From an uncultured Enterobacterales bacterium (lineage in GTDB: Bacteria; Myxococcota_A; UBA796; JAFGLY01), in NCBI GenBank assembly GCA_964454135.1, contig CAYVQL010000012.1:11-64010 (forward strand): a stretch of 64,000 nucleotides of DNA, in the 5' to 3' direction. A model generated the notes under the pieces. That model saw nothing but the letters and a program-made list of their open reading frames with translations, ran no database searches and was not told the origin of the DNA. The position numbers were made by a program, and so were the translations under genes. Shown piece by piece: positions 50,141-60,253 of the stretch. Position 1 is the stretch's first letter. Each line of letters starts with the position of its first letter.

Positions 50141-50626
50141 ATGTCGTCTCGATCTTCTCTGGCAGGCCTCGGCGCCACGCGGCGCCGCTTCCTGCAGCAC
50201 GGGCTGAGCGCCGGCGCCTTGCTGCTGCTGCACGACAGCCTGGGCTGCGCCTTCCGATACGTCCCCGGCGACGATGGCCTGCCGCGGCGCTACGCCGCCG
50301 TGGTGGCTGATATGAGCCTGTGCACGGGCTGCCGCACCTGCGAGGCGGCCTGCGCGGGGGAGCAGCATGCCGTGCAGCTGGATGGAAAGCGCCTGCCGGG
50401 CCTGGCCAATCCCCACACGGCCAATATGCGGGTGCGCTCCTTCAACCCGGACGTGGACGTCCCAGCCACCTGCGCCCTCTGTCCCGACTCCCCCTGCATC
50501 GCCAGCTGTCCGGTGGCGCCCGACGAGGCCACGGGCCGCCGGGCGCTCTACCGCCACCCCGACACCGGCGCCGTCACCAACGACAGCGAACGCTGCTACG
50601 GCTGCGGTCGCTTGCCAGCGACGTAG
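50141..50626 (+). pseudogene. 4Fe-4S ferredoxin subunit truncated at the duplication junction
   Basis: Identical to the 54715 gene up to CYGCGR, then LPAT*. Confidence 0.9.
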
Positions 50627-50859
50627 TTGGCGATGCCGTAGGAGCCCAGGATCACCACCAGGGAGATGATCCGGCCTTGCAGGAAGGGCAGCAGGTAGAC
50701 GGCGCCGGCCGAGATCATGCCCGTGGCCATGGACAGGAAGAGGCCGGCGGCCGTCAGAAGCGCCACGCGCTTGAGATACTCGATGCGTTCGCTGGGAACG
50801 GCCTGGGCGAGGGGACGGGCGGCTGCAGCTGGAAAGGCCATCGGTTCCTCCTTTTCCAC
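50596..50859 (-). pseudogene. Truncated second copy of the BI-1/YccA gene
   Basis: N-terminus identical to 45551..46285 up to NYVAGK, then RPQP*. Confidence 0.9.
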
Positions 50860-50911
50860 CGGGTGGGAGTGCCCCTATCCCGGCACCGGAGCGAGAGGTA
50901 GCCGGGCGAGC

Positions 50912-53296
50912 CTACAACAACCCCAGCAACACCCGACCCTCGGCGCTGCCATCCGCCAGGGCTCGCAGCTCCGCGCTGGGGGTGAGCGCTTCACCTCGCT
51001 CGGCCGCCTCCAGGGCTGCCAGGACCAGGGCCGCCGCGGGCTGGGCCCGGCGGCCCTGCAGCCAGCGGGCCGCCTTGAGCACGGCGCGGCGGCGCAGGCC
51101 CTTGCGGCGCGTGTGGCCCAGCAGCAGCAGGGCCAGCAGGGCGGCGGCCGTGCGGCGCAGATCGCCGCCGAAGCTGCCATCGGCGCCCTGGCTGCGGGCC
51201 AGCCGGCCGGCGGGATCCGCGGAGGCTCCTCCACCCCAGGCGTCCTCGTCGGCGGGGCAGGCGGCGGCTTCGGCGGGCGGCGGCGGTGCGGGAGAGGCCT
51301 CCTCGGCGCACGCCCTGGGGGCATCCATCATGGCATCCATCACCGCGCCCAGCGCCTTGCGCGGGCTGCGGCCCAGGCGCTGGCGCCTGACCCTGCGGCG
51401 GATCTGCTGGCCGCTGGCCGGAGCGGCGGCGCAGGCCAGCGTGGTGGCTGCCCTGGGGGCTGGAGCGGCCGGCTGGCGGAAGCGCTCGTCCCAGTCGGCG
51501 GGCAGCTCCGCCGGCTGGACCAGCTCCACGCGCTCTCCCTCGTGGCTGCGGCTCGTCTCCACGGCCACGAAGGCCGTGAAGCGCGAGGCGATGCCGTGCT
51601 CGAGCGCGATGCGCAGGATCTCGGGGCGCAGGGCCTCCTCTTCGAAGGGCTTCAGGGTCAAGCGCTCCTCCAGGGCCGCGATGCGCTCGCGGGCCCAGAG
51701 GGCGCCCAGGGGCTGTTCCACGCGCTGCGGCTCCACCTGCCACGCGATGGGACCGCTGGGGCCGCGCCCCTTGATCTTCAGCTGCTCGGGCGCGCCCTCC
51801 AGCAGCAGGGAGGCGGGGCGCCCGGCGAAGAGCGTGGCCGGCCGCAGCCGCGCCGCGCTGTGCCCCTCGATGACGATCTCCTCCACCAGGGGGCTGCCGA
51901 AGCGGGCCTCCAGGCGGGCCACCACGGCCTCGATGTCGTCGCGCGGGGTGGTCAGCTCGCAGGTGCCGCCCCCTACGTCCGCCAGCTTGCGCAGCAGCGA
52001 GGCGTTGACCGCCGTGTCGATGCCCAGGGTGTGGAAGCGGGCGGTCTGGCGGCGGTTGGCCACCGCGGCCACCAGCTCGGCCTCGTTCCAGGCCTGGCCA
52101 TCCGTGATGAAGAGCACGCTGCGCGTGCGTCGCTCCGGAGTCTCGCCGTCCAGGGCCGCGCGGATGGCGGGCAGCATCTCGGTGCCGCCGCGGGCCCGCA
52201 GGGCGTCCACCCAGCGATCGGCGCGCGCCAGGGCTCGCTCGTCGTAGCCGGTGAAGTCGGGGGCGAAGCGCTCGATGCGGTTGTCGAAGGCTACCAGCTG
52301 GAAGCGGTCTTTGGGCATCAGGCCGTGCAGGGCCGAGCGCAGGGCCAGCTTGGCGGCCTCCATCTTGCCGCCGTGCATGGAGCCGGAGATGTCCACCACG
52401 AAGACCGCGTCACGCGGCAGCGACTCGGGCAGCTCCACGGACGGCGGCTCCACGATGACCAGGGTGTGGCTGCCGTCGCTGAAGGCGCGGGCGCCCGCGC
52501 GATCAGCTTCGGCGGTGGTGAAGGAGAGCGCGAAATCCCGGTCCAGGCTGGCGCGCCCGGATGGGGCCACGCGTACGCCACCTTCGTCCAGGTCCATGCG
52601 TACCGCGTGCAGCGACGAGGCCAGGCTGCGACAGGGGCCCGCCACGCTCACCTCCAGATCCAGCGTGGTCCCGCCCTCCAGGCGCAGGGGCGGCTGCAGG
52701 CGCGATGCGTCCGGGACACGGTCCGAGTCCGGCAGCACGCCTGGCCCCTTGTGGCCCATCGGCTCCCCCGGCAGGTAGCGCGGGGCGATGGTGGTGGGGA
52801 AGCGCCAGCGCAGCTGGCCGTCCGTCGCCTCGAGGCGCTCCACCACCACGATGCGCACGGTCACCTCTTCTCCAGGCGGCAGGTTGGTGACGCGCAGCGT
52901 GTGCACGTCGTCGCGCTCGGCCTCCAGCAGGGCGGCCCGCTGTCCGGCCTGGCGGGCTTCTTCGAAGCGCTGCTGCGCTTCCTTCCGCTCGCGGCAGTCG
53001 GCCTGCACCGTCAGCTCGCCGCAGCGCAGCTGCAGCTCCGTCACCGCGCCGCGCTCGGGCAGAGGAAAGATGTGCACCGCCTCCATGGCCGTCCGGAGCT
53101 TGTTCTCGAAGCGCTGCTCCACCACGGTGCGGGCGCAGTCGCCTGCCAGCGAGGCGCGCACCTTGACTTCAGCCAGGGGCAGGGCCTGTTCCTGGCCCTG
53201 GGCGCGGGCCAGCAGCCCTCCCAGGCCCCTGGGATCGCGGGGACTGTCCTGCAGGATGGCGGGCTGGGGATCAATCGTCCGTGCGGTTGCGCTCAT
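50912..53296 (-). CDS. VIT and vWA domain protein (copy 2)
   Basis: Translation identical to 46338..48722. Confidence 0.9.
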   Translation of the reverse strand: MSATARTIDPQPAILQDSPRDPRGLGGLLARAQGQEQALPLAEVKVRASLAGDCARTVVEQRFENKLRTAMEAVHIFPLPERGAVTELQLRCGELTVQADCRERKEAQQRFEEARQAGQRAALLEAERDDVHTLRVTNLPPGEEVTVRIVVVERLEATDGQLRWRFPTTIAPRYLPGEPMGHKGPGVLPDSDRVPDASRLQPPLRLEGGTTLDLEVSVAGPCRSLASSLHAVRMDLDEGGVRVAPSGRASLDRDFALSFTTAEADRAGARAFSDGSHTLVIVEPPSVELPESLPRDAVFVVDISGSMHGGKMEAAKLALRSALHGLMPKDRFQLVAFDNRIERFAPDFTGYDERALARADRWVDALRARGGTEMLPAIRAALDGETPERRTRSVLFITDGQAWNEAELVAAVANRRQTARFHTLGIDTAVNASLLRKLADVGGGTCELTTPRDDIEAVVARLEARFGSPLVEEIVIEGHSAARLRPATLFAGRPASLLLEGAPEQLKIKGRGPSGPIAWQVEPQRVEQPLGALWARERIAALEERLTLKPFEEEALRPEILRIALEHGIASRFTAFVAVETSRSHEGERVELVQPAELPADWDERFRQPAAPAPRAATTLACAAAPASGQQIRRRVRRQRLGRSPRKALGAVMDAMMDAPRACAEEASPAPPPPAEAAACPADEDAWGGGASADPAGRLARSQGADGSFGGDLRRTAAALLALLLLGHTRRKGLRRRAVLKAARWLQGRRAQPAAALVLAALEAAERGEALTPSAELRALADGSAEGRVLLGLL

Positions 53297-53810
53297 GGTC
53301 GTCCTCCGGGTTGGTGGGCTGCAGCAGGGCTGCGAGGCGGCGGATCAGGGCTTCGGGATCGGGGATGCGCTGGGGGTCAACGCTGAGAACCACGCCAGGA
53401 GCCAGCTCGGCGGCCAGCCAGCGAGCGGGTTCCACCGGCGCGGGCCGTGCGGGCGGCGGCGCGGCCTCGTGGGCGAGCGCTTCGCCCACTGCGACTTCCA
53501 GCTGTGCGGTGGGGGCGCCTGCCAGGGCCTGCTGACACTGGGCCAGCGAATGACCCTGGCCCTGCAGCAGCTTGACGCAGACCGCCTGCAGCAAGCTGCG
53601 GTAGCCGTAGATGGCGCGGCGCCCGTCGTAGCGCACAGGGCGGTCCATCAGGCCCAGGGTCTGGTAGTAGCGCAGGGTGCGGACGTCCGGGAGCTGCGCC
53701 ACGCGCTCGTCCTCGATGCCGGTGGCGTCGGCGAGCAGCGCGCCGGCCTCGTCGACCAGCGCTTGGAGCGCGAACTCCCGGTCTCTCAGCGCTTGCAGGG
53801 GGTGGGTCAT
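53271..53810 (-). CDS. MerR-family HTH regulator (copy 2)
   Basis: Identical to copy 1. Confidence 0.88.
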   Translation of the reverse strand: MTHPLQALRDREFALQALVDEAGALLADATGIEDERVAQLPDVRTLRYYQTLGLMDRPVRYDGRRAIYGYRSLLQAVCVKLLQGQGHSLAQCQQALAGAPTAQLEVAVGEALAHEAAPPPARPAPVEPARWLAAELAPGVVLSVDPQRIPDPEALIRRLAALLQPTNPEDDHERNRTDD

Positions 53811-53816
53811 GGGCAC

Positions 53817-53845
53817 ACTGTAAAAGTAACAGTAATTACTGTCAA
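53817..53845 (-). promoter_or_regulatory. Promoter and operator (copy 2)
   Basis: Same TTGACA-N17-TACAGT and palindrome as 49243..49271. Confidence 0.75.
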
Positions 53846-53998
53846 CGAAAAACTGAGCCTTCCGGCCCATATGACTGGCTGGACCCGGCAGGAACGGGGT
53901 AGGGGTTCTGGATGGCGTGTCGCGCCATTCGGCAATGGCTCCGCCGGTCTTTCCGTTCCACGCGCCGGCGAGGCGCTTTCAATCGAGGGAGTGACGAC

Positions 53999-54574
53999 AT
54001 GAAGTACTTGGCTGCTGGTACGGCGATTCTGCTGGCATTGGGGCTCGGCTGCGCGGGCATGGGTGGAGGCGAGTTCACCTGCGAGGCGGACAGCAAGGCG
54101 TCCTCGCTGACGACCCCCTACAACGACATGTGCCTGCAGATCGGGGATGGCGAGGTCGAGCAGGACGGCACGGTGCTGCTGGCGGCCTGGGAGGACGGCG
54201 ACGTCTCGGACGTCACCGAGGAATGGAACGAGAGCATCGAGGGCATGGGCTGGACCTGCACCGAGACCCTGGTGGAGGGCGCTGAGGGCTCCGATGCCGA
54301 GATCCACACGGTCAAGATCTACCAGAAGGATGGCACCGACGTGGGCTTCCTGACGGGCCAGGTCGAGGACGACGGCACCACCTACGCCTTCGTCTACATG
54401 GAGAACATCTCCGACAACTCCGAGGACTTCAAGGAGGACCGCGGCAAGTCCCGGCGCGAGAACGTGCGCAATCGCCGCCCGGGCAGGAAATCCGGCAAGA
54501 AGTCCTCTGGCAAGAAGTCCGGCTCGAAGAGCCGTACGGGCAAGGGCAAGGGCAAGGGCAAGGGCAGGCGCTAG
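53999..54574 (+). CDS. Acidic lipoprotein with basic tail (copy 2)
   Basis: Identical to copy 1. Confidence 0.8.
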   Translation: MKYLAAGTAILLALGLGCAGMGGGEFTCEADSKASSLTTPYNDMCLQIGDGEVEQDGTVLLAAWEDGDVSDVTEEWNESIEGMGWTCTETLVEGAEGSDAEIHTVKIYQKDGTDVGFLTGQVEDDGTTYAFVYMENISDNSEDFKEDRGKSRRENVRNRRPGRKSGKKSSGKKSGSKSRTGKGKGKGKGRR

Positions 54575-54580
54575 CCCCCA

Positions 54581-54604
54581 CGAGGCCCCGGCAGCGGGGC
54601 TTCG
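54581..54604 (+). terminator. Probable terminator hairpin (copy 2)
   Basis: Same hairpin as 50007..50030. Confidence 0.5.
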
Positions 54605-54714
54605 CCTTCGATTTCGTCTCCCCGCCGAGCGTCTGAGGCGCTGGCGGGGTGGACTGTCGTTCGCGCTGCGACTGGCGTATGATCCTGTTCGTCTTCCCTG
54701 CGCGAGGGCCCAGC

Positions 54715-55425
54715 ATGTCGTCTCGATCTTCTCTGGCAGGCCTCGGCGCCACGCGGCGCCGCTTCCTGCAGCACGGGCTGAGCGCCGGCGCCTTGCTGCT
54801 GCTGCACGACAGCCTGGGCTGCGCCTTCCGATACGTCCCCGGCGACGATGGCCTGCCGCGGCGCTACGCCGCCGTGGTGGCTGATATGAGCCTGTGCACG
54901 GGCTGCCGCACCTGCGAGGCGGCCTGCGCGGGGGAGCAGCATGCCGTGCAGCTGGATGGAAAGCGCCTGCCGGGCCTGGCCAATCCCCACACGGCCAATA
55001 TGCGGGTGCGCTCCTTCAACCCGGACGTGGACGTCCCAGCCACCTGCGCCCTCTGTCCCGACTCCCCCTGCATCGCCAGCTGTCCGGTGGCGCCCGACGA
55101 GGCCACGGGCCGCCGGGCGCTCTACCGCCACCCCGACACCGGCGCCGTCACCAACGACAGCGAACGCTGCTACGGCTGCGGTCGCTGCGCCGCCACCTGC
55201 GCCGAGCAGCGTATGGGCGCCATCGTGTTCGATCCCCGCTCCCGGCGTCCCCAGCGCATGTGCACCCTCTGCGGGGGAGAGCCCCAGTGCGTGCGCGCCT
55301 GCCCCTACCAGGCCCTCAGCTTCCAGCGCGGCCCCATCGAGGCCGAGTTCCACGGCCAACCGCCGGAACAGGTGGCGCAGGTGCTCTTCCAACGCTGGTA
55401 CGGGGTGACGGGAGGCCAGCCATGA
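54715..55425 (+). CDS. Multi-[4Fe-4S] electron-transfer subunit (DmsB/HydN-like) with twin-arginine signal
   Basis: TRRRFL; CTGCRTCEAAC, CALC..SPCIASCP, CYGCGRCAATC, CTLC....CVRACP. Confidence 0.9.
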   Translation: MSSRSSLAGLGATRRRFLQHGLSAGALLLLHDSLGCAFRYVPGDDGLPRRYAAVVADMSLCTGCRTCEAACAGEQHAVQLDGKRLPGLANPHTANMRVRSFNPDVDVPATCALCPDSPCIASCPVAPDEATGRRALYRHPDTGAVTNDSERCYGCGRCAATCAEQRMGAIVFDPRSRRPQRMCTLCGGEPQCVRACPYQALSFQRGPIEAEFHGQPPEQVAQVLFQRWYGVTGGQP

Positions 55426-57245
55426 GCGCCACCGGTCACTGCGGCGTCCTGCTGGACGTGGATCTCTCCAGCGGCCAGGTCTCGCGGCGCGAGGTGCCGG
55501 CTGCCGACTACGAGCAGTTCCTGGGCGGTCGCGGTCTGGGCGCCAAGCTGCTCTGGGACCTGCTGCCCGAGCCGGGCGTGGACGCCCTGGGGCCGGACAA
55601 CCCGCTGCTCTTCATGCCCGGCCCCTTCTCGGGCTTCCCCATCCCCTCGGCCTCGCGCACCTGCGTGGTCACCAAGTCGCCCTGCACCTCGCCGCTGCAG
55701 TCGCCCCACGCGGGCGCCTCCACGGTCAGCTACTCCAATATCGGTGGCTTTCTGGGCCCGGAGATCCGCCTGGCCGGCTACGACGGCCTGCTGATCCGCG
55801 GCCAGGCCGCCGTCCCGGTCTACCTGCGCATCGAGGACGACCAGGTGGAGATCTGCGAGGCCGGTGAGCTCTGGGGCATGGGCACCGACGCCTTCGACCG
55901 CGAGCTCGAGGAGCGGCTGGGCGCCGGCCGCTTCCGCACGGCCTACGTGGGCCCGGCCGGCGAGCGCCGAGCCAGCCGCGCCTGCATCGTACACACCGCA
56001 GCCCGCGCGGCCGGGCGCGGCGTGGGCGCGGTGATGGGCTCCAAGAACCTGAAGGCCATCGCCCTGCGGGGCACGGGCATGCCCAGCGTGGCCGACCACA
56101 GGGCCATGATCGCGGCCATGGACAAGGCCCGCCAGCGCTTCAAGAGCCTGGGCGGGCGCCTGTTGACCCGCGTGATGCGAGGCGCGGGCACCGCCTCGGT
56201 CATCGAGCTCTTCAGCGCCCGCGGCGTGATGTCGGTGCGCAACTTCCGCGAGGGCACCTTCCGCGAAGCAGCTCGAATCGGCGCCGCCGCGGCCCGTGAG
56301 CAGGCCTGGGTGCGCGACCTGGCCTGCTACTGCTGCCGCCTGTCCTGCAAGAAATCGGGCGCCGTGCTCGAGGGGCCCCACGCCACCCTGGTGCACGACG
56401 GTCCCGAGTACGAGACCGGCGTCATGTTCGGCGCCAACCTGATGATCTCCGACTTCAACGGCCTGATGAAGGCCATCTTCGACGGCGACGACCAGGGCCT
56501 GGACATCATCTCCACGGGGGGCGCCATCGGCTTCTTGATGGAGGCGCGCGAGAAGGGCCACATCGACGCCTCCTTCCTGGACGGCGTGGACCTGCGCTGG
56601 GGCGAGGTCGACGGCGTGCTGGAGATGATCGGCAAGATCGCCCGGCGCGAGGGTGTGGGGGACCTGGCCTCGCAGGGCGTCAAGGCCCTTTCCCAGGCCA
56701 TCGGTCCCCACACGGCGTCCTACGCCATCCACGTCAAGGGCCTGGAGCTGGCAGCCCACAACGTGCAGGCCAACCCGCCGCGGGCCCTGTGCTACGCCAC
56801 CGCCAACCGCGGGGCCTGCCACCTCAACGGCGACGACAAGCGCCACCAGGACTTCGTGGCCGCCGCCGACTGCCTGGGCCTGTGCCTGTTCGCCAGCAAC
56901 AACGGCATGCCCGCATTCCCAGGCCTCGACGTGGACGACATGGCCGCCCTGCTGCGCGCCATCACCGGAAGCGACTGGGACGGCGAGCGCCTGCTGCAGC
57001 TGGGCGAGCGGGTCTTCAACCTGGAGCGGCGCTTCAACCTGCGCGAGGGCTTCGCGCGGGCCGACGACGCGCTTCCGGATCGCTTCTTCGACGAGCCCTT
57101 CACCATCGGGCGCAAGAAGGGCGCCGTGCTGGACCGCGATGAGTTCGCCCAGCTGCTGGAGGACTACTACGAGGAGCGGGGCTGGGACCGGAAAACCGGG
57201 GAGCCACGGCCGGAGACGCTGAAGAGCTTGGGGCTCGAGGCTTGA
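55422..57245 (+). CDS. Aldehyde:ferredoxin oxidoreductase family (W/Mo-pterin) enzyme
   Basis: FLGGRGLG, TKSP, AGYDGLLIRG, GPAGE, GAVMGSKNLKAI, PEYET, GLDIIS, RGACH, ERRFNLREG, YYEERGWD; ATGA-coupled to the ferredoxin gene. Confidence 0.93.
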   Translation: MSATGHCGVLLDVDLSSGQVSRREVPAADYEQFLGGRGLGAKLLWDLLPEPGVDALGPDNPLLFMPGPFSGFPIPSASRTCVVTKSPCTSPLQSPHAGASTVSYSNIGGFLGPEIRLAGYDGLLIRGQAAVPVYLRIEDDQVEICEAGELWGMGTDAFDRELEERLGAGRFRTAYVGPAGERRASRACIVHTAARAAGRGVGAVMGSKNLKAIALRGTGMPSVADHRAMIAAMDKARQRFKSLGGRLLTRVMRGAGTASVIELFSARGVMSVRNFREGTFREAARIGAAAAREQAWVRDLACYCCRLSCKKSGAVLEGPHATLVHDGPEYETGVMFGANLMISDFNGLMKAIFDGDDQGLDIISTGGAIGFLMEAREKGHIDASFLDGVDLRWGEVDGVLEMIGKIARREGVGDLASQGVKALSQAIGPHTASYAIHVKGLELAAHNVQANPPRALCYATANRGACHLNGDDKRHQDFVAAADCLGLCLFASNNGMPAFPGLDVDDMAALLRAITGSDWDGERLLQLGERVFNLERRFNLREGFARADDALPDRFFDEPFTIGRKKGAVLDRDEFAQLLEDYYEERGWDRKTGEPRPETLKSLGLEA

Positions 57246-58687
57246 GCTTGACCTCGTGCACCCCACTGCTGCCCCTGCTGCCCCTGCTGGCCTGCAGCCC
57301 CCGGGATCCGGACTCGGACGAGGTCCCCGAGCGGGCCGACTCCGCGTCGCAGGCCGATGACACGGCCATTCCCAGCGAGGGCCAGGTGCTGGATCTGCCC
57401 CCCGCCCCTGTCACCACCGGGCCCATCGTGGGTGCGGTCACCCACGAAGCGGCCACCATCATGGTGCGCATGAAGACGGCCACCTCCGTCCGGTTCCAGC
57501 TGAGCGCGACCGCCAGCTTCGACGACGATCCGATCACCACCCAGCCCAGCACGGCGCTGGAGCACAACGACTACACCGTCCGCATCCGTGTGGAGGGCCT
57601 GCAACCCGACACACGCTATCACTACCGCGTATTGGCCGGTGAGCATGAACAGTCGCTGGACCGGGCGGCGCTGTTTCGCACCGCCCCCGATCCGGCCGCG
57701 CCGGCCAGCTTCTCTTTCGGCCTGCTGGCGGACGCCTCCACCAACAACGAACGGCTCGCCCCGGCCTACGATTCTCTGGCCGCCCACGATCCGGCCTTCG
57801 TGGTGCAGATCGGGGACCTGGATCACCGCGATCCCGGTGCCATGGAGAAGGTGGAGATCGAGAACTGGCGCCAGATGCACCGCGACCAGCTCAAGAACTA
57901 CCAGGCTGGCCAGATCCTGGACGCCCACCTCCTCTGCTGCCATCCCTTCTTCCACACCTGGGACGACCACGACTACGGCGTCAACAACGCCGGCATGGCC
58001 ATGCCCGGCAAGGATATGGCCAAGCAGGCCTTCTTCGAGTACTTCCCGCTGCCGCCCGATCTCCCCAACCCCGAGGCGGGCATCTGGTACGCCTTCCGCT
58101 GGGCCCAGGCCGAGGTCTTCATGCTGGACGTGCGCTCCCAGCGCGACACCGGCCCGATGGATCCTGAAGAGAGATCCATGCTGGCGGCCGCCACCATCGA
58201 GAACGATCAGAAGACCTGGCTCAAGACCCGGCTGCTCGAGAGCGAGGCCGCCTGGAAGTTCATCGTCTCGCCGTCGTGCTGGAACCCCGACAGCAAGCGC
58301 ACCGACAGCTGGAACGTCTACCCGGCGGAGCGCGAAGAGCTGCTGGCCTTCATGCGCGACAATCATATCACCGGGGTCGTCGTACTCACCGGCGACATCC
58401 ACTCCGGCGGCGCCATCGACGATGGCAGCCACTCCGGCATCCCCGAGCTGTCCGTTCCCACAAGCAATATCCACGCCGAGACCTGCACCGGTGGGCTCTG
58501 TGGGGACTGGAGCGAGGGCATCTGGGACGGCAATGGCCCCGAGGGCTACGCCATGGTGCACCTGCGCTGGGAGCAAGAGCGGCACAGCGTGGAGCTGGCC
58601 ACCTACGACGAGCGTGGCGGGCTGCGCAGCTCCCTGGTGCTCGAGCCGGACCAGGCCTCTATCAGCGGTCCGCCTGGCAGGAGGTGA
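57242..58687 (+). CDS. phoD: Alkaline phosphatase D (PhoD-like) lipoprotein
   Basis: GLQPDTRYHY, IGD, WDDHDY, MLDVR, DSW, TGDIH; lipobox LLAC. Confidence 0.85.
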   Translation: MSLTSCTPLLPLLPLLACSPRDPDSDEVPERADSASQADDTAIPSEGQVLDLPPAPVTTGPIVGAVTHEAATIMVRMKTATSVRFQLSATASFDDDPITTQPSTALEHNDYTVRIRVEGLQPDTRYHYRVLAGEHEQSLDRAALFRTAPDPAAPASFSFGLLADASTNNERLAPAYDSLAAHDPAFVVQIGDLDHRDPGAMEKVEIENWRQMHRDQLKNYQAGQILDAHLLCCHPFFHTWDDHDYGVNNAGMAMPGKDMAKQAFFEYFPLPPDLPNPEAGIWYAFRWAQAEVFMLDVRSQRDTGPMDPEERSMLAAATIENDQKTWLKTRLLESEAAWKFIVSPSCWNPDSKRTDSWNVYPAEREELLAFMRDNHITGVVVLTGDIHSGGAIDDGSHSGIPELSVPTSNIHAETCTGGLCGDWSEGIWDGNGPEGYAMVHLRWEQERHSVELATYDERGGLRSSLVLEPDQASISGPPGRR

Positions 58688-60062
58688 TCAGCTCGTTGTT
58701 GGCCGTCTGGTCGTGGGCGACCCAGTCGCGTGCCAGGACCCAGTCGCAGACTTCGTCGCGCAGCTGCTGCCGCAGATCCTCTTCTTCCTTGGCCAGATTG
58801 ACCAGCTCCCCGGGATCGTTCGCCAGGTCGTAGAGCTCCTCGGGATCGCCGGGGTAGGCCGTGCCAGCGCCGGAGTAGGGCTCGCAGAAGTCGTTGCCCC
58901 CGTCGGGGCTGAGCATGTACTTGTCGTCCCCCAAGATGACGCCGGCGTCCTCGGTGCCGCGCTCGAAGTAGACGGGCACGGACTCTTCTTCGCCCGAGAG
59001 CATGGTCTTGGCCAGCGAGCGCCCGGGCATGGTGCCGGCCCACTTGAAGCCCGCCAGCTCGACGATGGTGGGCGCCACGTCTACGGTGCTGGTCCAGCCC
59101 TCGAAGACCTGACCCGCGGGCAGGTTCGGCGCCCGAAAGGCGAAGGGCACGCGCAGCACCGAGTTGAACCAGGAGCAGCCGTGGTAGAGGTAGTTGTTGT
59201 GCTCGGCCAGCTCCTCGCCGTGGTCGATGCCGAAGAAGATCAGCGCGTCGTCGTAGCGCCCAATGGCGCGCAGGCTGTCCAGCAGCACGGCGATGCGCTC
59301 GTCGGCCGCCCGCAGCTGGCTGGCGTAGACGGCCTGGGTGTGCAGCAGATCCTCCTCGGTGAAGGGCGCCTCGCCCAGCGCCACGTCGTAGGTCGCGCTG
59401 ACGTTGCCGGGATCGAATCCCCCTTCGTAGGGTTCGGGGTGGAACTCCTGATACCACTCATCGACCAGCTGAAAGGGCTTGTGGGGCTGGTTGAGATGGA
59501 TCCACAGGAGGATGCGCTCCTCGGGAGCGAGCCCGCCCAGCCGGACCGTGGCCTGGCGCAGCAGGATCTCGTCGCGAAAAGCCAGGTCCTCGCCCAGGTC
59601 GGGCGTCTCGACCCCCCAGGTGCAGTAGCGCTCGTCGAAGCCGTAGTCGAACACCCAGCAGATGTTGGCCGAGTAGCCCAGCGTGCGGTAGCCGGCGTCC
59701 TGGAAGCGCTCGGGCAAGGTGGTGTGCGCCGGCTTGAACTCGTCGTCGTTGGAGCGGATGTTGTGGTCGCGTGGGTAGGTGCCCGTGGAGAGGGAGGTCA
59801 GGGCCACGGCGGTCTGGCTGCGGGGAGCGATGGCGTTGGGAAAGAGCGCTCCCTCGTCGAAGAAGGCCCACAGCTCAGGGGCCGTCCGCCATTGGTCGAA
59901 GTTGCCCTCGAGCATATTGGCGTTCGTCGCGTCCAGCGTGATGAGGACCACGGTGTCCAGGAGCCCATCGTCCTGCGGTGCGCAGGCTGCGGCACCCAGG
60001 GCGCCGGCGGACAGCAGGACGACAGCCCAGCACGCCTTCGGTCCTGGTCCGGCGGGGTTCAT
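58662..60062 (-). CDS. Sulfatase-like hydrolase (alkaline phosphatase superfamily)
   Basis: LITLD, TGTYP, PHKPF, DHGE, LRVP, DVAPT, ELYDL.NDPGE..NL; start uncertain (60062 or 60095). Confidence 0.85.
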   Translation of the reverse strand: MNPAGPGPKACWAVVLLSAGALGAAACAPQDDGLLDTVVLITLDATNANMLEGNFDQWRTAPELWAFFDEGALFPNAIAPRSQTAVALTSLSTGTYPRDHNIRSNDDEFKPAHTTLPERFQDAGYRTLGYSANICWVFDYGFDERYCTWGVETPDLGEDLAFRDEILLRQATVRLGGLAPEERILLWIHLNQPHKPFQLVDEWYQEFHPEPYEGGFDPGNVSATYDVALGEAPFTEEDLLHTQAVYASQLRAADERIAVLLDSLRAIGRYDDALIFFGIDHGEELAEHNNYLYHGCSWFNSVLRVPFAFRAPNLPAGQVFEGWTSTVDVAPTIVELAGFKWAGTMPGRSLAKTMLSGEEESVPVYFERGTEDAGVILGDDKYMLSPDGGNDFCEPYSGAGTAYPGDPEELYDLANDPGELVNLAKEEEDLRQQLRDEVCDWVLARDWVAHDQTANNELITSCQADR

Positions 60063-60253
60063 GGGCGGACGGTCCTCGCGCTCGGGGGCGGTCACCCCTA
60101 ACGCCCCTGCGCCCCGAACGCTCCAGAGCCATCGTGGGCTGCCCCCTTAGGTTTGTCGGCCAAATCTGGGGCCGCGGCTGACGGGCGTCTGAGTATGGCG
60201 GGCAATGCCACGTTCTGTTTCTGGGGGACCGGGCCGCGGTGGAAGAGGATACA

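Larger units (their letters stand above)
46037..55186. repeat. Tandem duplication with 4574-bp unit
   Basis: All ORFs recur at offset 4574 with identical translations; junction ...ggtcg|CT|tgccagcg at 50611-50612. Confidence 0.97.
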
